Origin: Camelus ferus
Lineage: Eukaryota
NCBI RefSeq assembly: GCF_009834535.1
Contig: NC_045696.1
Span: forward strand, 73,038,001 to 73,102,000
DNA length: 64,000 bases
Direction: 5' to 3'
The notes beneath the pieces were generated by a model. That model worked only from the letters and a program-made list of their open reading frames with translations, did not search any database and was not told the DNA's origin. A program made the position numbers and the translations under genes. Shown here one piece after another: positions 12,301 to 25,305 of the stretch (position 1 is the stretch's first letter; each line of letters opens with the position of its first letter).

Positions 12301-15300
12301 AGCATCTGGGTCAGCGGAGCATCTGATGGAGGGAAGTTCTTCTGGCTTGAACTGTTTGTCCTCAGGAACTCACAATGAGGTAAAAGTTTCAAGTTTCACC
12401 TGCCCAAGTTGGGACATTTTTTAAAGATACCTCCATCTCTTTTTTTCTTTTCTCTTTCTGTAGCTCTCTTTCCTTGACCACCAAGAAATATGTCTTAAGT
12501 GATATTCTTCCACAGGTGTCTCATTGGACATAGACAAATGTCCAGACTTCTCTCATAATCAGTCCAAGCACTTTTTGGTCCTTTTATGGGGGGTGGGGTT
12601 TGGGAAATCCGACCTCCATCTGCCCTGCCAATTGTGGCGGTGCAGATTAGCAGAGACTGTGCTGAGGCCCGGATGGTGGTGGCGGTGGCAAGGGTCAGTA
12701 AGGTTGAGATGTATTCAGATGTTAATTTACACCTGAAAAGACTGAATGCAGTTACCCACATGGGGGGTGACTGGAGTTTCTTATGAACACTGGCCTTGAG
12801 TGCTTCCTTGAGAAACGTGAAAGTTGAAATGGAGGGGGAAAGTAATCTAAAAGTTACGGGAGCAGGAAGAAGGGTGGGGAGCAGGGACAGCCTTGATGAA
12901 TTAAAGGAAATTTATTTAGCCACCAGTTAGAAATCTACATTCAGTTTTTCCTTTTTTAGCATAGTTTTAAGGCACAATGGAGAGGTGGTCATTTCCTCTT
13001 TACTAAATATTTGGAGATTGTCCATAAAATCCAAAAATACTGACGTCAAATTAAGGATGTGGAATTAGCCTTCATTTTTTGCTGTCAGGTTGGGTGTCCT
13101 TGTTTTGTTGTCTCCCTGTTTAACAACTGCTACCTACCTTGCTTAGTGGAATCCCAAAGTACCTCGTAAGCAACTAAGAAAGAAAAACCTCTACATTCCA
13201 ACACTGCCTTTAACCTCAAACACAGTAAAGGGTTCATTCAGACCCCAGGACCACACTGAGGCATTAATTAGGCTGATGAAATCCATCGAAATGTATGAAT
13301 TCAGCATAATCAAGTTTCTACCGCAGACTATCGTTAAGGAATACGTGAGCAGCTGGGAGAATAGAAAGTACTGTTAGAGGTAAGTCATGCATGTAATTGA
13401 GTATATTTAACATAACCATTTTAATGATCAGTGATTAAAAGTGCATCTTACTTAAATAGTATATCCTCTGCAATTTGTTCATATCAACTCGATAATATTC
13501 TCAAAAGGAAAAAAATAGGGGTACACCTTACTAAACAAGATCTTTTTTGAGTTTGGGGGAAAAAGCAGGAAGGTGAACTGGAAAAGAAAGTGGCTTTTGC
13601 CTGCAAACAGCTACAGCGGTGTGGTAGAAATTAATCACTGTTTTAAGCATCTTCTGTGCTCAGGTCAAAGTATTAGGAATATATTACAGGTGATTTTTTT
13701 TCATTCCTCAGAAAGAATGTATTTTATTAAAATGCCTTCTCTGTCTGATAAGATGACTTTTTAAAAGACACAGGGGGTCTGCTCAAACCCTGATGATTTT
13801 AAGAGCTTCTCTTAGGAACCTGGGAATTTCACCTTTCCAATTCCCCTTCCAACCTGTTGGGTTGGCTTCCCTTAGTGGAACTCACCTCTGTGAAGATAGC
13901 ATTGGGAAGGAGAGAAAGCATCCAAGGACAGAGATGAGCCTGGATATGGCCATCTAGGGCCACAAACACTAGAAGCCCTCAAAGGGAAATGAGCTGTTCA
14001 CATCAACTAGCGGCCTCAACCTAAACTCCACGTACTCAGAGGCAGACTCTGCTCTGCTCTGTTCACTCGGACCTGGCCAGATAAATGATGTCATTGTGGA
14101 GCCATGCAGAAGCCAGCCCAACTCTGTGTGTTGTAGTTTCTCAGCTTTTGTGCACAAAACACACAAATCACTGATTACCCAGGAAAGAAGAGCTGGATGT
14201 AGATCTGTAGCTAGAAGTGTGTACATGGCACATTTACATCTCTGTGCAGGCACTGTAAAAGTCAGAGTTTAGGAGAAGGGATGCAGTTGGCCCAGCTCCC
14301 AAAAGTTGCCTCACAAGGCTTTTTTTTTTCTCCCTTCACCCCTGCTCCCACTCACATAAAGAGATCAATCTATTCTCCCCCTCAAAATAGGGTGAGAAGA
14401 GTGGCACATCTTGAATGTCTGGGAGTTGCACCGCAACATTTTACAAACCTAAGCGGGAGGAGGAAGGCACAAGCACATAAAACTACGCCGGGGCATACAA
14501 TCTGCCTGCTGCAAACAAACAAAAATATTTTAAGGGGAACTTTATTTGAAGCCTTCCTTTCACCCAGTAGCATGTCTTCCTTGGCTTGGAGGGACAGCTC
14601 TTGAGAAATCAGGTCTCTCAAGGAGCTCTCCCGCACCCAATGTATAGTCTATAAATATAGTGGAAGAGTCATGCCAGGGGTAGTCAGTGCAAGAGAATCT
14701 GGAGTCTTGAAAGCATCTTTTTCTTCTGGCTATGGTGGCACTTAAATGATAATGTGGGCAATGGAGCTAGGAGATTTATATCTTTTGGAAAGTAGGGCGA
14801 GCCAGATGGTAATAGCGTCATTAACACACAAACTTGGGATGTGCAAGTGAAGCTTGAAATTGGGAAAGAGATCGGGAGAACAAAGGGGGCTGCTGTTGAA
14901 AGGCTACCCCTCTTCTGCTGGCCAAAGCTAAGAGCCTCGTGGTACTGGGGTCTGCTACTGCCCAGAGCTGGATAATAAACGACGGCTTTCCCCCTCCCCT
15001 GTTGTGACTTAGAAAGCACCAAGAAAACTTGCAATAAGCAAATGTGGCACTTCTTTACGTGTAACCCTTTGTAGTCTGATGTGGCAGGAATGGGCCTTTA
15101 ATTCAACTACACTCCCACCCTCCACCCCCTACCCTAGTTTGATAAGCTCTTCAATTGTTGACATTTATTTTATGAAATCAAAGTGCCGCTTGTTGCATGT
15201 TTCAGACAAAAGTTCATTTTCCTCCCCTTATGTAAACACTTGAAGTAAATATTAAAGGTTGAACAGCACTACCTTTTTCGTTTTGGTGATGGGGGTTGGT

Positions 15301-15699
15301 GCGAAGGTGTTGTCAGGGGTTAAACTACAGTTTTATTTTGGAAAGCCTTAATGTTTTAGTTAAACTCCCACTTGCCCAAACATTCAATTCAGAGAGAACA
15401 CAGAAGGCAATAAGACAATCTTAACAATGGAATTAATAATAATAGTAGTAATAATAATAATGCATGTTTATAATAAACACCCACACAGACATGTACAAAC
15501 AGGCAGGGGAGTTTAGAACTAAAGAAAACGAAATTAATAACTTCATTTTCATACACGTATATATGGAAGACAGCGAAGGTAGTGGGGTCATTAGGTATTG
15601 AATAGCTTGAGTGATCCCTGTTAGCTACTCAAAGTCGACAATGTCTAAACTAAAATCGAACGTTTTTCTTTTTTTTTTTTTTTTCTTTCTTAAAAAAAA

Positions 15700-16010
15700 A
15701 AATGCTAGAGCTCTTTAAAAGCCCGGAGGACTTACCCTCAAGGCATTATTCAGAGAAAAACTGAGACTGGCCGTTCGTCACAGGCAATTGTAAAGGGTTT
15801 CAAAGGGCCGATCAAACGATCGCCAGAGTAATCTACATTCAAGTCCGGATGGTGGTGTTACGGCACACACCTGCGGGGTGTTTGCTGTCCGTGCCCCTCG
15901 CCGAGCTACAAATCATCATTAAAGCGAGCTGCTTAAGCTTATTCCCAGTTTCTAGACAAGAGTTACTTGGGACAGTTCACTTTGATATTGCTACAGCTCG
16001 CAATTGACAA
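15700..16010. promoter_or_regulatory. SOX2 enhancer N-1 (Wnt/FGF-responsive caudal neural plate enhancer), probable
   Basis: Minus strand reads CGTTTGATCGGCCCTTTGAAACCCTTTACAATTGCCTGTGAC: two TCF/LEF-type sites (15811-15818, 15798-15806) and TGTGAC (15777-15782), ~16 kb 3' of the TSS; matches my recollection of the N-1 core. Confidence 0.7.
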
Positions 16011-16559
16011 GCACGCTCTTTTGGAGTTCAAGCCCGAGCCCACACCCTAGTCCGCGCACGGCAAAGTAAGGAGGGTGGTGTGGTGGGGGTAAGGGGAGGA
16101 GTGAGTAATTGTTAAAGTCTGTTTCTGCAACTTCCTGAGCAGAATCACCACCAAAAAAATGTATAGTAAACCAGCTTAGAAGCAGCTGAAACACCCACCT
16201 CGAGTTTTCTACTGAGGGTCTTCCAAAACTTCACTGTCTTTGCCACAACTTTTAACCGACTCAGACTACAGACAAATCTCACAGCCTTAGTTTTTCTCCT
16301 TCGCTCTCTTCACACACACACACACACGCTAGCACACTCCCTCAAGTGCAAGATAACATTATTTTTCTCAACCAGGACTGGGGATCTACTTTGAAACTTT
16401 CACTTTTGATTCATTCGTTTGGGATTATATCCCCTCTTAATATGCGACGCTGCCCTCACTGCCCTCACCTTGAGAGAGAGAGAAATCTGGAGTTGGGTAA
16501 AAAGAAAGGGACGTGGGGGGTCCGACAGCTGGAGCAGGGGAAACGGCAGGAAGGTCGGT

Positions 16560-18560
16560 TTCTGTCTGCTGCCTGCCTGGGTGTCTGCGAGCCCTCGGCA
16601 ATCCGTGTGCGCCCCATTTGGGGCGGGGGGGGATAAGCGGCTGCCGGTGATGCCAAGATCAACCAACACTCGGAGCGAATGTATCAATAGACCAATTTTC
16701 TGCTCCCACCGCGGGCTTTTTCATTTCAATCCAGAGTGGAGGCGTCTGCGCTGCGCAAGACGCAACAGCACGGTAGCGTCGGGAAAGAGGGCGCTAGATG
16801 CGGGAGGCGCAAATATGGAAATTAACTCATTAGGAAGGGGTGTGGTTTTCCCGAAGCCCCCTCCTCCATCCCTTCCTTTCTCCCTTGCTGCCACCGTCCC
16901 AGCTTTGCTAAATATGAGATTACAAACAAACAAATAAAGCAGAAGCTGATTACGCAGCCCAGATCAAACACGCTCCAGATAATTCGCTTCACTCAGCGCT
17001 GCTGCCGGACCTGCGGCGCAGCGAGGGCCCCTCACGCCGGCCCGTGGCTTCAGCGCCCGCTCCACGCCAGCCGGGCTTCCGTGGCTCTGAAAGCCAGGGC
17101 CGGCGGCGGCGTTTTGAAGGCACAGCACGTGGCCCTGGCACCCCGTTTGGTATAAGTTTTAAAACATGAAACAAACGCTTTCACCAATACGATAACCCTC
17201 CGAGGGCTTCTGCTGATCTCAGAGGTCCTGCCCTGAGGCTGCCTTGGAGGGGAGGGTGGTGGTGTTCTCTCTGGGAGAAAAGAAAACTAAACTACAAAGT
17301 AGCGTCCCCGAGTGCCTGGCCAGGGGGCTTTTCTTGTGGCACCGCACCCCTAGCGGGGGTGGGGTGGGAGGGTGGACGTTGAGAAGACCGGCTGGGGCCA
17401 GGCGTGGGCGCAGGGGTCGATATGAGCATCAAAGACCCGAGTTCAGATATTATTAACCAAAGACCAGGTACCCAAAAAAGTGAGGGTGAGGGGGTTGGAA
17501 AACCTAGGCTGCAGAGTTCTGTGTCAAAATAAAATGTTTGGATGTGTGTGTGTATGGGGGGGGGGGGAGTTGGATAGGGAAGAAACAAAACTAAAAACCT
17601 CTCACGTCCTCCTTCTCAGCCGCCCTGCCCCCAAGTCCTCAAAGCCTGCCTCTGTGGAGGGCTGGGGGGAGGAAAACTGTGCTTTTATGGTTTTTCTTCC
17701 TGCGTGGCCCGCCTCCCCGGCCCTGCTCCCTGCCCGGCGCTCCCCCAGCTGCGGGCCCCTTGGAGGAAGGCCGCCCAGTCCCCTCGTCTCCCGCTGCCTG
17801 CAGGCCACCGAGCCTCAAAGCGCGCATTGTCCAGCGGGGGCGGGGAGGCCAGCGGGCCCCTGGAGAAGAATAACACTGCGCCCAAGTCCTGTAAGGGAAA
17901 GTTTCCTAATGCACTCCTTGTGGTAAAATACACTTTTAACAGGGCGAGGGGGGAGGTGGGGTGGGGATCACTTTTGAAAATCCACGGCCTTCTCTCAAGT
18001 TCTCAACTCTTTCCCTTGTCACTTTTTTAAGTTCTCAGAAAGGGGGAAGAGTGGATCGGAAAGAAATTGGAAGGTGGCCGAAAATGTGAACACGACTCTA
18101 GAACCGTCGATGTGATGGTTTTAAAACGCCGGTGGAAAGGGAGAAAGGGGTGTCTCCACCCAGGTCTGGGCAAAGGACAGCTGCACAGTCGGTGCGCGGG
18201 GGGTGAGGGGAGAGGGGCCCCGAGGGCGCGTGTGCAGGAGAAGCATTTCGCACCTCCTGTTTATCTTAGAAGGGAGGCGGGCGGGGTGGGGGTGAGCGAA
18301 TTGTTCTGTCTCCGACAGGCAGTAGAAGTTGAATAAAATGGAGAGGCGGGCACACGCAAAAACAAAACCTACTGTAGACTCGGAGTCTCTCTCCTTGACC
18401 CGAATACCAAATGGTGGGGCTTCCCCATTTGCAAAGAACCACTAAGTCTTAAGACCCTGAGACACAGCGGTGCTCCACCGACGGCAAGAGCCGCGATCGA
18501 GGGCCGTTAGAATTGAGGCTTTTGGCGGGGCGAATGTGATTAATCTTTCATTCGAGTAGC
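16560..18560. promoter_or_regulatory. CpG-rich domain downstream of SOX2
   Basis: Extended GC/CpG-rich sequence with no credible coding ORF. Confidence 0.65.
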
Positions 18561-18967
18561 AGAGACCCATTCCTTCCAAGCGTTGCCAGTTGCATTTGAG
18601 GGGTCTCTAGGTTTCGTCAGTTCTTGCAGGGCATTTGCAAAATAATGGCTCGTGCCCCTTGCAAAACTCTACCTGAAAAAGTATATTCCAAGACACTGAG
18701 TTAGTGAATCTGTTTTAAAAATCAAATCAAAACAAAATAAGACTTAAAAAAAAAAAAAAAAAAAGCCCCAGGCCGGTGATCTCGGTGTCCAACGACCAAA
18801 GTGACCGAAGGGGCGCATTAGTGGTTGTGGTTCTTTGGGAGCTGCGCTAATTTGGTGTGTGGACTCAATGCCTTAATGCTAAATCGGCAATATAAAGGGC
18901 TGAAGAGCAAGCCCGATAAAAGCTCTAATTGCTACTGGAAGATTTAGGTGGTTGCTAGGATCTGAAG

Positions 18968-18998
18968 ACCACCACCACCACCACCACCACACACACAC
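18968..18998. repeat. (CCA)n(CA)n compound microsatellite
   Basis: caccaccaccaccaccaccaccacacacacac. Confidence 0.9.
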
Positions 18999-19379
18999 AA
19001 AAAAACCCTCCAATAGAGTGTTTGGGCTGTGTGCATGGGGTGGGGGGGCGGGGGGTAGAGTTTCTACGGCGAATAGTGCCCACATCTGCTGGAACTTCCA
19101 TATCTAAGCTGTTCCTTTACGGGAGCCAACTTATGAAATCTCCACAATTAGATCTTCATTGTTCTTCCTCCACAACACTGTCTAGAAAGAAAAGGTCTTC
19201 TCGGTCGGGGCCAATCCAACGAAGCGTTTGACGTTATTAAATAATAAAGCGATTGTGATTTACATTGTTGTTCAGAAAAAAAGGCCAATTATCCACTGTT
19301 ATGTTGCCATAAAGATCATATTAACTCGAATTAGTAATCAAACAATATGCGAGGGTTTAAAAAAGTACAGCCGAACTGA

Positions 19380-20650
19380 GTGACAGCTACCGCGACGTCT
19401 TCACTTTCACCAGCGAACCCACCCGCGCCGGCAGCCGGAGCGAGAGAGACAGTCGCCGCAGACCCGAAAGGAGGGAGAGAGCAGCAAAGTGGTGATTAAC
19501 GGTCTCCAGTGTTAATTATTCTCAATTAATCCCAAACAGTGCAAACCTTCCCCGGTTCTCTGGAAGTTCCCTGGTTGGGATACTCTGAGTATTCCGCCTT
19601 TCAGGGAGGGGTTTATAAGAAATCCGGAAGAGGCAATCACAGTATAAGTGCACCTGTGAGCGAAGGGGTAGGGGGTGTACATGTGTGTGTACTGATGTTG
19701 CCCGCAGCGTGTGCGCGGGAGGTTCGCTGCCTTTCCTGGAGCCTGGAGTGCACTCCGCCGAGGCGGGGGCCTGGTGCGGGCAAGGCCCGCAACATCCTTA
19801 CACCCCTAGTGAATCTTGCCTCTCCTCTACACAAATCACTCTCTCTCGCCCTCTGTTATTAGGTTTATAACTCTTTGCCCACTTAAATTTGTGCAGCCAA
19901 CCAAGGAAATCTAAATAGGTTTGAGTTGCCCCTTGGGTACAGAATGGAGGCTTTAATAAGAAAGATTAATTGTGGGTGTGTACCTGCCGGAAGACGTGGC
20001 AGCTCTCAAGTAGCGGCGGGCAGCGTGTCGAAAGGAGGGAAACGCCTCCCGTCCGAGGCTCAGACTTTAGTAGGCGCCGTAGGCATACTTAACGCAGGCC
20101 ACCAGCAACTCGTTGCAGTCACAAGCAAAGGGCGCCACAAAGATGGTAAGACGCGTCTCTTCCTGTGTTACTAGAGGTTTTGAAGAACTTGGCCCTTTTC
20201 ACCCTGCACTCCAAATTCCCTTGCCCTGCGCCCCGCCCCGCTGGACCCCCGACTCCTGGCCTCCACGCCCGAGGCAGGAGTTGGGGAAATATTGCGGCTG
20301 CTGCCCTGGGAACTCTGCCTATTCCCGCCCCTGCCCACTGAACACTGTTTAGGTGAATGATAAAGGTTTTCCTCGGAGAACTAGAAAGTTGCTTTTTTTG
20401 TTGTTGTTGCCGCGATGAATGTATATGGTTACATATACAGAGAGCAATTTTCCTCGGCGCGATGCTTCAGCAAGTCCGGGCACAGAGGGAAACCAGCCAG
20501 TGGCAGGGCCGTGGAGATCTCGCCCGTCGCGGCGGCGGCGGCGGTGGGGGAACCTTCCCGGCCCGCCCGGTCCTTTCCTCGCCCCTCCCTCTTTCTACTA
20601 AATGCTGGGATCCCAGACTAAGAAGCGGCAGAGGTGGGTGGGGGCGGAGA
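19380..20650. promoter_or_regulatory. CpG-rich domain downstream of SOX2
   Basis: CpG-rich patches including (GGC)n at ~20530-20545. Confidence 0.55.
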
Positions 20651-22996
20651 GGAGTAGGAACCCTCTGAGGGTGGTGGGAAGAAGGAATCGACGAAAATAG
20701 TTTCTCTAGTAGCGTTCCCTCCTGGAATAATTCCAGTTAAAACTTGAGGCACCGAGGCCTGAGTTTAAACAAATGCAAAATGAAATCTTCGGAAGGTGCA
20801 GCCCTTGCAGAGGTGGGGCAGTTGAAGGATGGTCACATCTTTGCTGAGAGTTTTCCAACAGTTTCTGCCTTTCCTAACCCCCTTCTCTATCTCCCAGTAA
20901 AACCAATTCAAAAGGGGACAGACTCCACTCTACAAGATTAATGTCCATTTATTTGCAGGATTAACCCTCTCACGAAGCATAATAAAATACTAGAAGTTCT
21001 TTTAAATTTAAATAAAGACATGAAACTCGTGCTTTCTCTTCTTTCCTCTTTGGTCTCTCTCCAGACATCAGAAAACAGTGCCGTGGAACCCAGTAAGTCT
21101 TAGAAAAACTTTTAACTCAGAGTTTTCAGATCATCCGGGAGGCTGTTGTGGGCACTGGTATTGGGGGGAGAGTGGAGAGACCAGCTTAACATTAAACATC
21201 TATGGCTAGACATTTTGATTTGGAACTCGCGATTAAAAATCTATTTGTTCCTCCCAGGGCTCAGCAGATTTCAGTGTTGGTCATGGAGCCACAAAATGTT
21301 CATTAAAGGAAACTAACCAAGGCTACTGTATGGCCACTTTGTGAACTCAGAACTATGGATGGGGGGGGAAAAGTATGAAAGTGTGAGTTGATGTCACGCT
21401 GGCTGTCAGTGTGTGGTCTATTGTGGAGAATGGTGCTTTTTGACTGAACAGAGGGAGCCCCCCTCCCCCTTTCCCCAGCTCTACTGCACCTGCACTGGAT
21501 GAGGGAGTCCCTGCCATTCAGCCCATCGCAGACTGTTCAAACAGAAGACATCTCTGACAGCACTCAATTCATTACATTTCTTCCTGCTTTTCAAACCAAC
21601 ACACACACACAAAATGAGTATTGCCAGCCAGTGACAGCCAAAAAAATCTTAAAATACTTTATATGCAGCTAATTTGGAAGCTCACACAACTAACCATGAA
21701 GTATTTTGTATCCTTAACTTGTAAGGCTTAAAAAAAAAAAAAAAGATTACCTGATTTTTCCTATGGAAAACATACCTTTATAGTTTACAGGGGGATAGTA
21801 AGTTTGCAGAAAGACACTGCAGCATGGCACATGAAAAAGTTTTAATGGAAATGAAAGCAGAACCGTGCAAAAGAGCAAAGCTCCTGATTTATCTTATCAG
21901 GAGGGAGGCTTGAAATGCATTCATAATTTATGCTGGTGAACCAGCTTGCTAAAAGAGGTGGGGTACCCAAGAGCCAGGGGCAGGCAGTGAGTGAAGCAAG
22001 AGAGGGTAGTGAGGGAGGCATCGAGGCTGAAGTGTGAGCTAAACATTTAAATCAACTTCCTAACAACGAAGTCTCCCCCCCCCCCCCAATATGCTCAGGT
22101 TTATTTTGCCATCTTAGGTTCCAAGATGTTTTTGCACCATTTCACAAAGCTGATGAGAGAGTGTTTAGAAAGCTGATGAGAGAGTGTTAGTCTAGTTTAA
22201 CAGAAGTTGGGGTAAACAAACTCTCACAAGGGAAACTTGATTTTAAGATATTTTCCTTGGAGGTGGGAGTAAGGGAGAAACAAAGAAAGGGAAGAGGACT
22301 TTGAACAGAAGACAAGTTTGCCGTTTAGTATTTCAGACCGATTAAACTATAATATTATGCAATGATCAAGATTTGAATTAAGTGCGATAGTCAAATCGAC
22401 CTGGATGTGAGCTGATACTGACTTAATGTGAAATATTGGCTAATTCTCAGCAAATCATTAGTCAGCTAGATCCCAAACCCATATCATAACATAAGGCCTA
22501 GTTTCCAGGACCCCTCCCACTGCAAGGGCATTCAATGAATTAAACTGGTTTGTAAAGAAAACTTGGAAAGTGTATCTTCTAGAAATGCAGAAATGCTTCC
22601 ATACAACAAATAATTCTATCCATTTTCCACAGCGTGCATGGACCAAATGTCTTCCTTATCTACAGTTTAAATCACTGTTCCAAGGAGTACTCCCAGCAAT
22701 ACCTTCTCTTTAAAAGATGATTAAAAGCTATACAAATTATTAAAAGGGGAGAGAGAAAGAAAGTGTAAATGACACAGCAATGGCAAGCCAGAAGCAGCTG
22801 TCCTAACTATGGCTCCATATCAGAACCAGAAAACTTACCCACCACTGAAACTTCTGCAGGGCCAAATAAAGCTATGGTGTACTTTGTAAAGGCTTTTGGT
22901 GCAATTCGTCTAGCATCTCAAAACAAAACAAACATAAACAAAACCAACTCATTTAGACCTCACAACAAATTGTAGCTAGCAAATCAAATAACCTTA

Positions 22997-23035
22997 CTTA
23001 TATATGTGTGTGTGTGTGTGTGTGTATCTATATAT
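22997..23035. repeat. (TA)n(TG)n microsatellite
   Basis: ttatatatgtgtgtgtgtgtgtgtgtgtatctatatat. Confidence 0.9.
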
Positions 23036-24129
23036 GCACATAGGTAGATAGAGAAACACATAAATATCTATGTATACATATGGAAGAAGGGCGTGCCTAT
23101 AAGCTCTAATGTCACGGTGATGGGTGTTGGGTGCATGAAGACTCTGGCTACTGGTGTGTTACGTTTTGCTGTGAGGAACCGGGCGAGAGCCTCTGCAGTC
23201 TCAAGAGCTGGAGCTGGGTGGTGGGGATGGAGACCAGCTCCACTGGCCTGGCCCTGAATGTGTTCGGATTGCCCTTTCTAGAACACTTAAACGAATCATT
23301 TCATCCCCTAGGCCCTGCAGACCTTGACGTCACGAGGTGGGGGTGGGGGCGCAGTCCCGCTTCTGGCCTGGCCGCCAGCGATAAGAACCCTCGGGAAGAA
23401 TTCACCGCTCCTTTTAATACAGTAATTATTTTCCTGCCTTCTGCGGGTGGAGGCGACTCCTGCCTGGAATGTCGGTATCCCTCCCTTCAGGAAGAGGCCC
23501 AGGGATGGCAAGTTTGCAGGGTAACTTCCTAGATGAACCCTAAGCGAGGAAGGGCACTGGAAAAGGAAGAAGGGTGGTCTGAACAAGGCTAATTTTACCG
23601 CTCAAGACCAGAGAGGAGAGGAAGAACCCGAATTTCTGTATTGATCTCTGGAGTCTAAAATGAGAATCTCTTGCCTTCCCTATCACCTAATTTCACTGGA
23701 CAGTATAAAAATAACTATCAGTTAATCCTATTTTGTGTTAGGGCTTTGTACTCATCTTCTGAGAGGTAAACATATACTATCCCTATATTACAAATGGGAA
23801 AGTGAAGAATCTGCATCCTCCCACCCCTCACTGTCTGATCCTAGAATGGTCCAATATTCTGGGGAGCCCACATCACTCCAGCGGCTTCCCACAGCCATGC
23901 CAATCCGCAACCTTTGGCAATGGGAAAGACTAAGTGCGATAACTAATGCTGATCCTTGGCACCAAACAGGGACGAACAATCCTTTAAAAGTAAAGGCCGG
24001 GGGTGAGAGGCAAGAGGAAGGCAGACCTTGGGTCAGTCAGTCTCTGATTTAGGAAGTTTGGAGCCTAGAACCAGGTTCGGAGTCACGAGGTCAACGTGGA
24101 GACGGATGGGGTGCAGGAGGTAGAGGGCC

Positions 24130-24500
24130 CTAGAGGCGCGAGGGCCCGCGACATTTAAGGAGATTTTTCAGTTTTGCCCGAAGCGGCAGCGTCCAAGGCT
24201 GAGAGAGGAAATCAGGCCCTTTGGGCAGGGTCCGGGCAGAGAGAACTCGCGCCCCGCGCAGCACCTTCCCAGGGAGGCCCTTGGGGGCCGTGGCCAGGGC
24301 CGCGGTGACGTCAGGTCCCGGGCCCCGCGCTCGCCCGCCCGCCCGCCTCAGCTTCCATCTGCCCGCGCATCCGCTCCGGGCGCTGGGCGCGGCGCGCTCC
24401 CTGGGGCAGGCGGGTGGGAGGCCGGCGCGCTCAAAGCGCTGCGCCGCGCCCCGCACCAAAGCCCAGGGAAGGAGGCAAAAGATGTTTCGAAGCGCCGAAA
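24130..24500. promoter_or_regulatory. CpG island ~7.5 kb downstream of SOX2 TSS
   Basis: Very CpG-dense; full CRE TGACGTCA at 24306-24313; GC boxes. Confidence 0.8.
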
Positions 24501-25270
24501 TCTTTTACTAACAGTGCACACTTCAATCTGTACATGCAGGCCGCGGAGGGTAATGAAACGAGTGACTTCTTGGAGCTCTTAAATCACCTGACACTTCTTT
24601 GCAAAGTAGAGCAAGCATCTCATGCCCCAAATCCCAGAAGTAACAAATATCTTTGCGTCTGAAATGAGAAGACGGTCTATTTGCTTTTGAAGAGAAGCTG
24701 AGTGCACCGCTCAAAGAAGCAGAAATGTCACAGTTACACCAAAACATAAAATGAAATCCACCTAGACTCGCATACAGAAAGAGAGCTCTCTGCCATGGGA
24801 AATCGTGGCCTTGTCTTAGTAGCCTACCGTCCCAAAGAGAAGTCTTCTAGTCAGAATAAGAAAGTCAAATCCAGTATTTCCTAAAGGCCCCATAAACAAA
24901 ACATAAGAAATTGAAAACAAAAATTGTAAAACTGAACAGCATCATCTGAAGAGAGAGAGGTTACGAAATCTCCCCGGGTGGCATCAGAGGTCATATTTCC
25001 AGGAAAGTTTTTAATAGAAAATAACTATGAAAGACACTAAACCAGTTCTCCAGTTAGGGCAATTTCCCTGTCTTTGGAAAACTCCTCCACAGCTGCTTAC
25101 TCTAGAACTCCGGAAGCTGTGTCCCTTTGGCCTGTATCCACATTTTCACAGTAAAGGTCAAGACTTTCTTCCCCTTCTGCTGTCTTAAGGGATCCATTTC
25201 ATAGATAAGATCCTTAAGGAAATCCATCCAGCCATCTTCCAACTTCGGTCAAAAAAAGAAAGCAAAGCAA

Positions 25271-25305
<35 letters not shown>

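Noticed and set aside
16775..18820. Partial CTCF-like words at ~16780-16797 and ~18803-18817
   Set aside because: Only the 3' GGGCGC half matches; poor 5' core
22146..22190. CTGATGA...GAAA resembling a hammerhead ribozyme core or snoRNA box C
   Set aside because: No stem II pairing and no flanking helices or properly spaced D box; a simple tandem duplication
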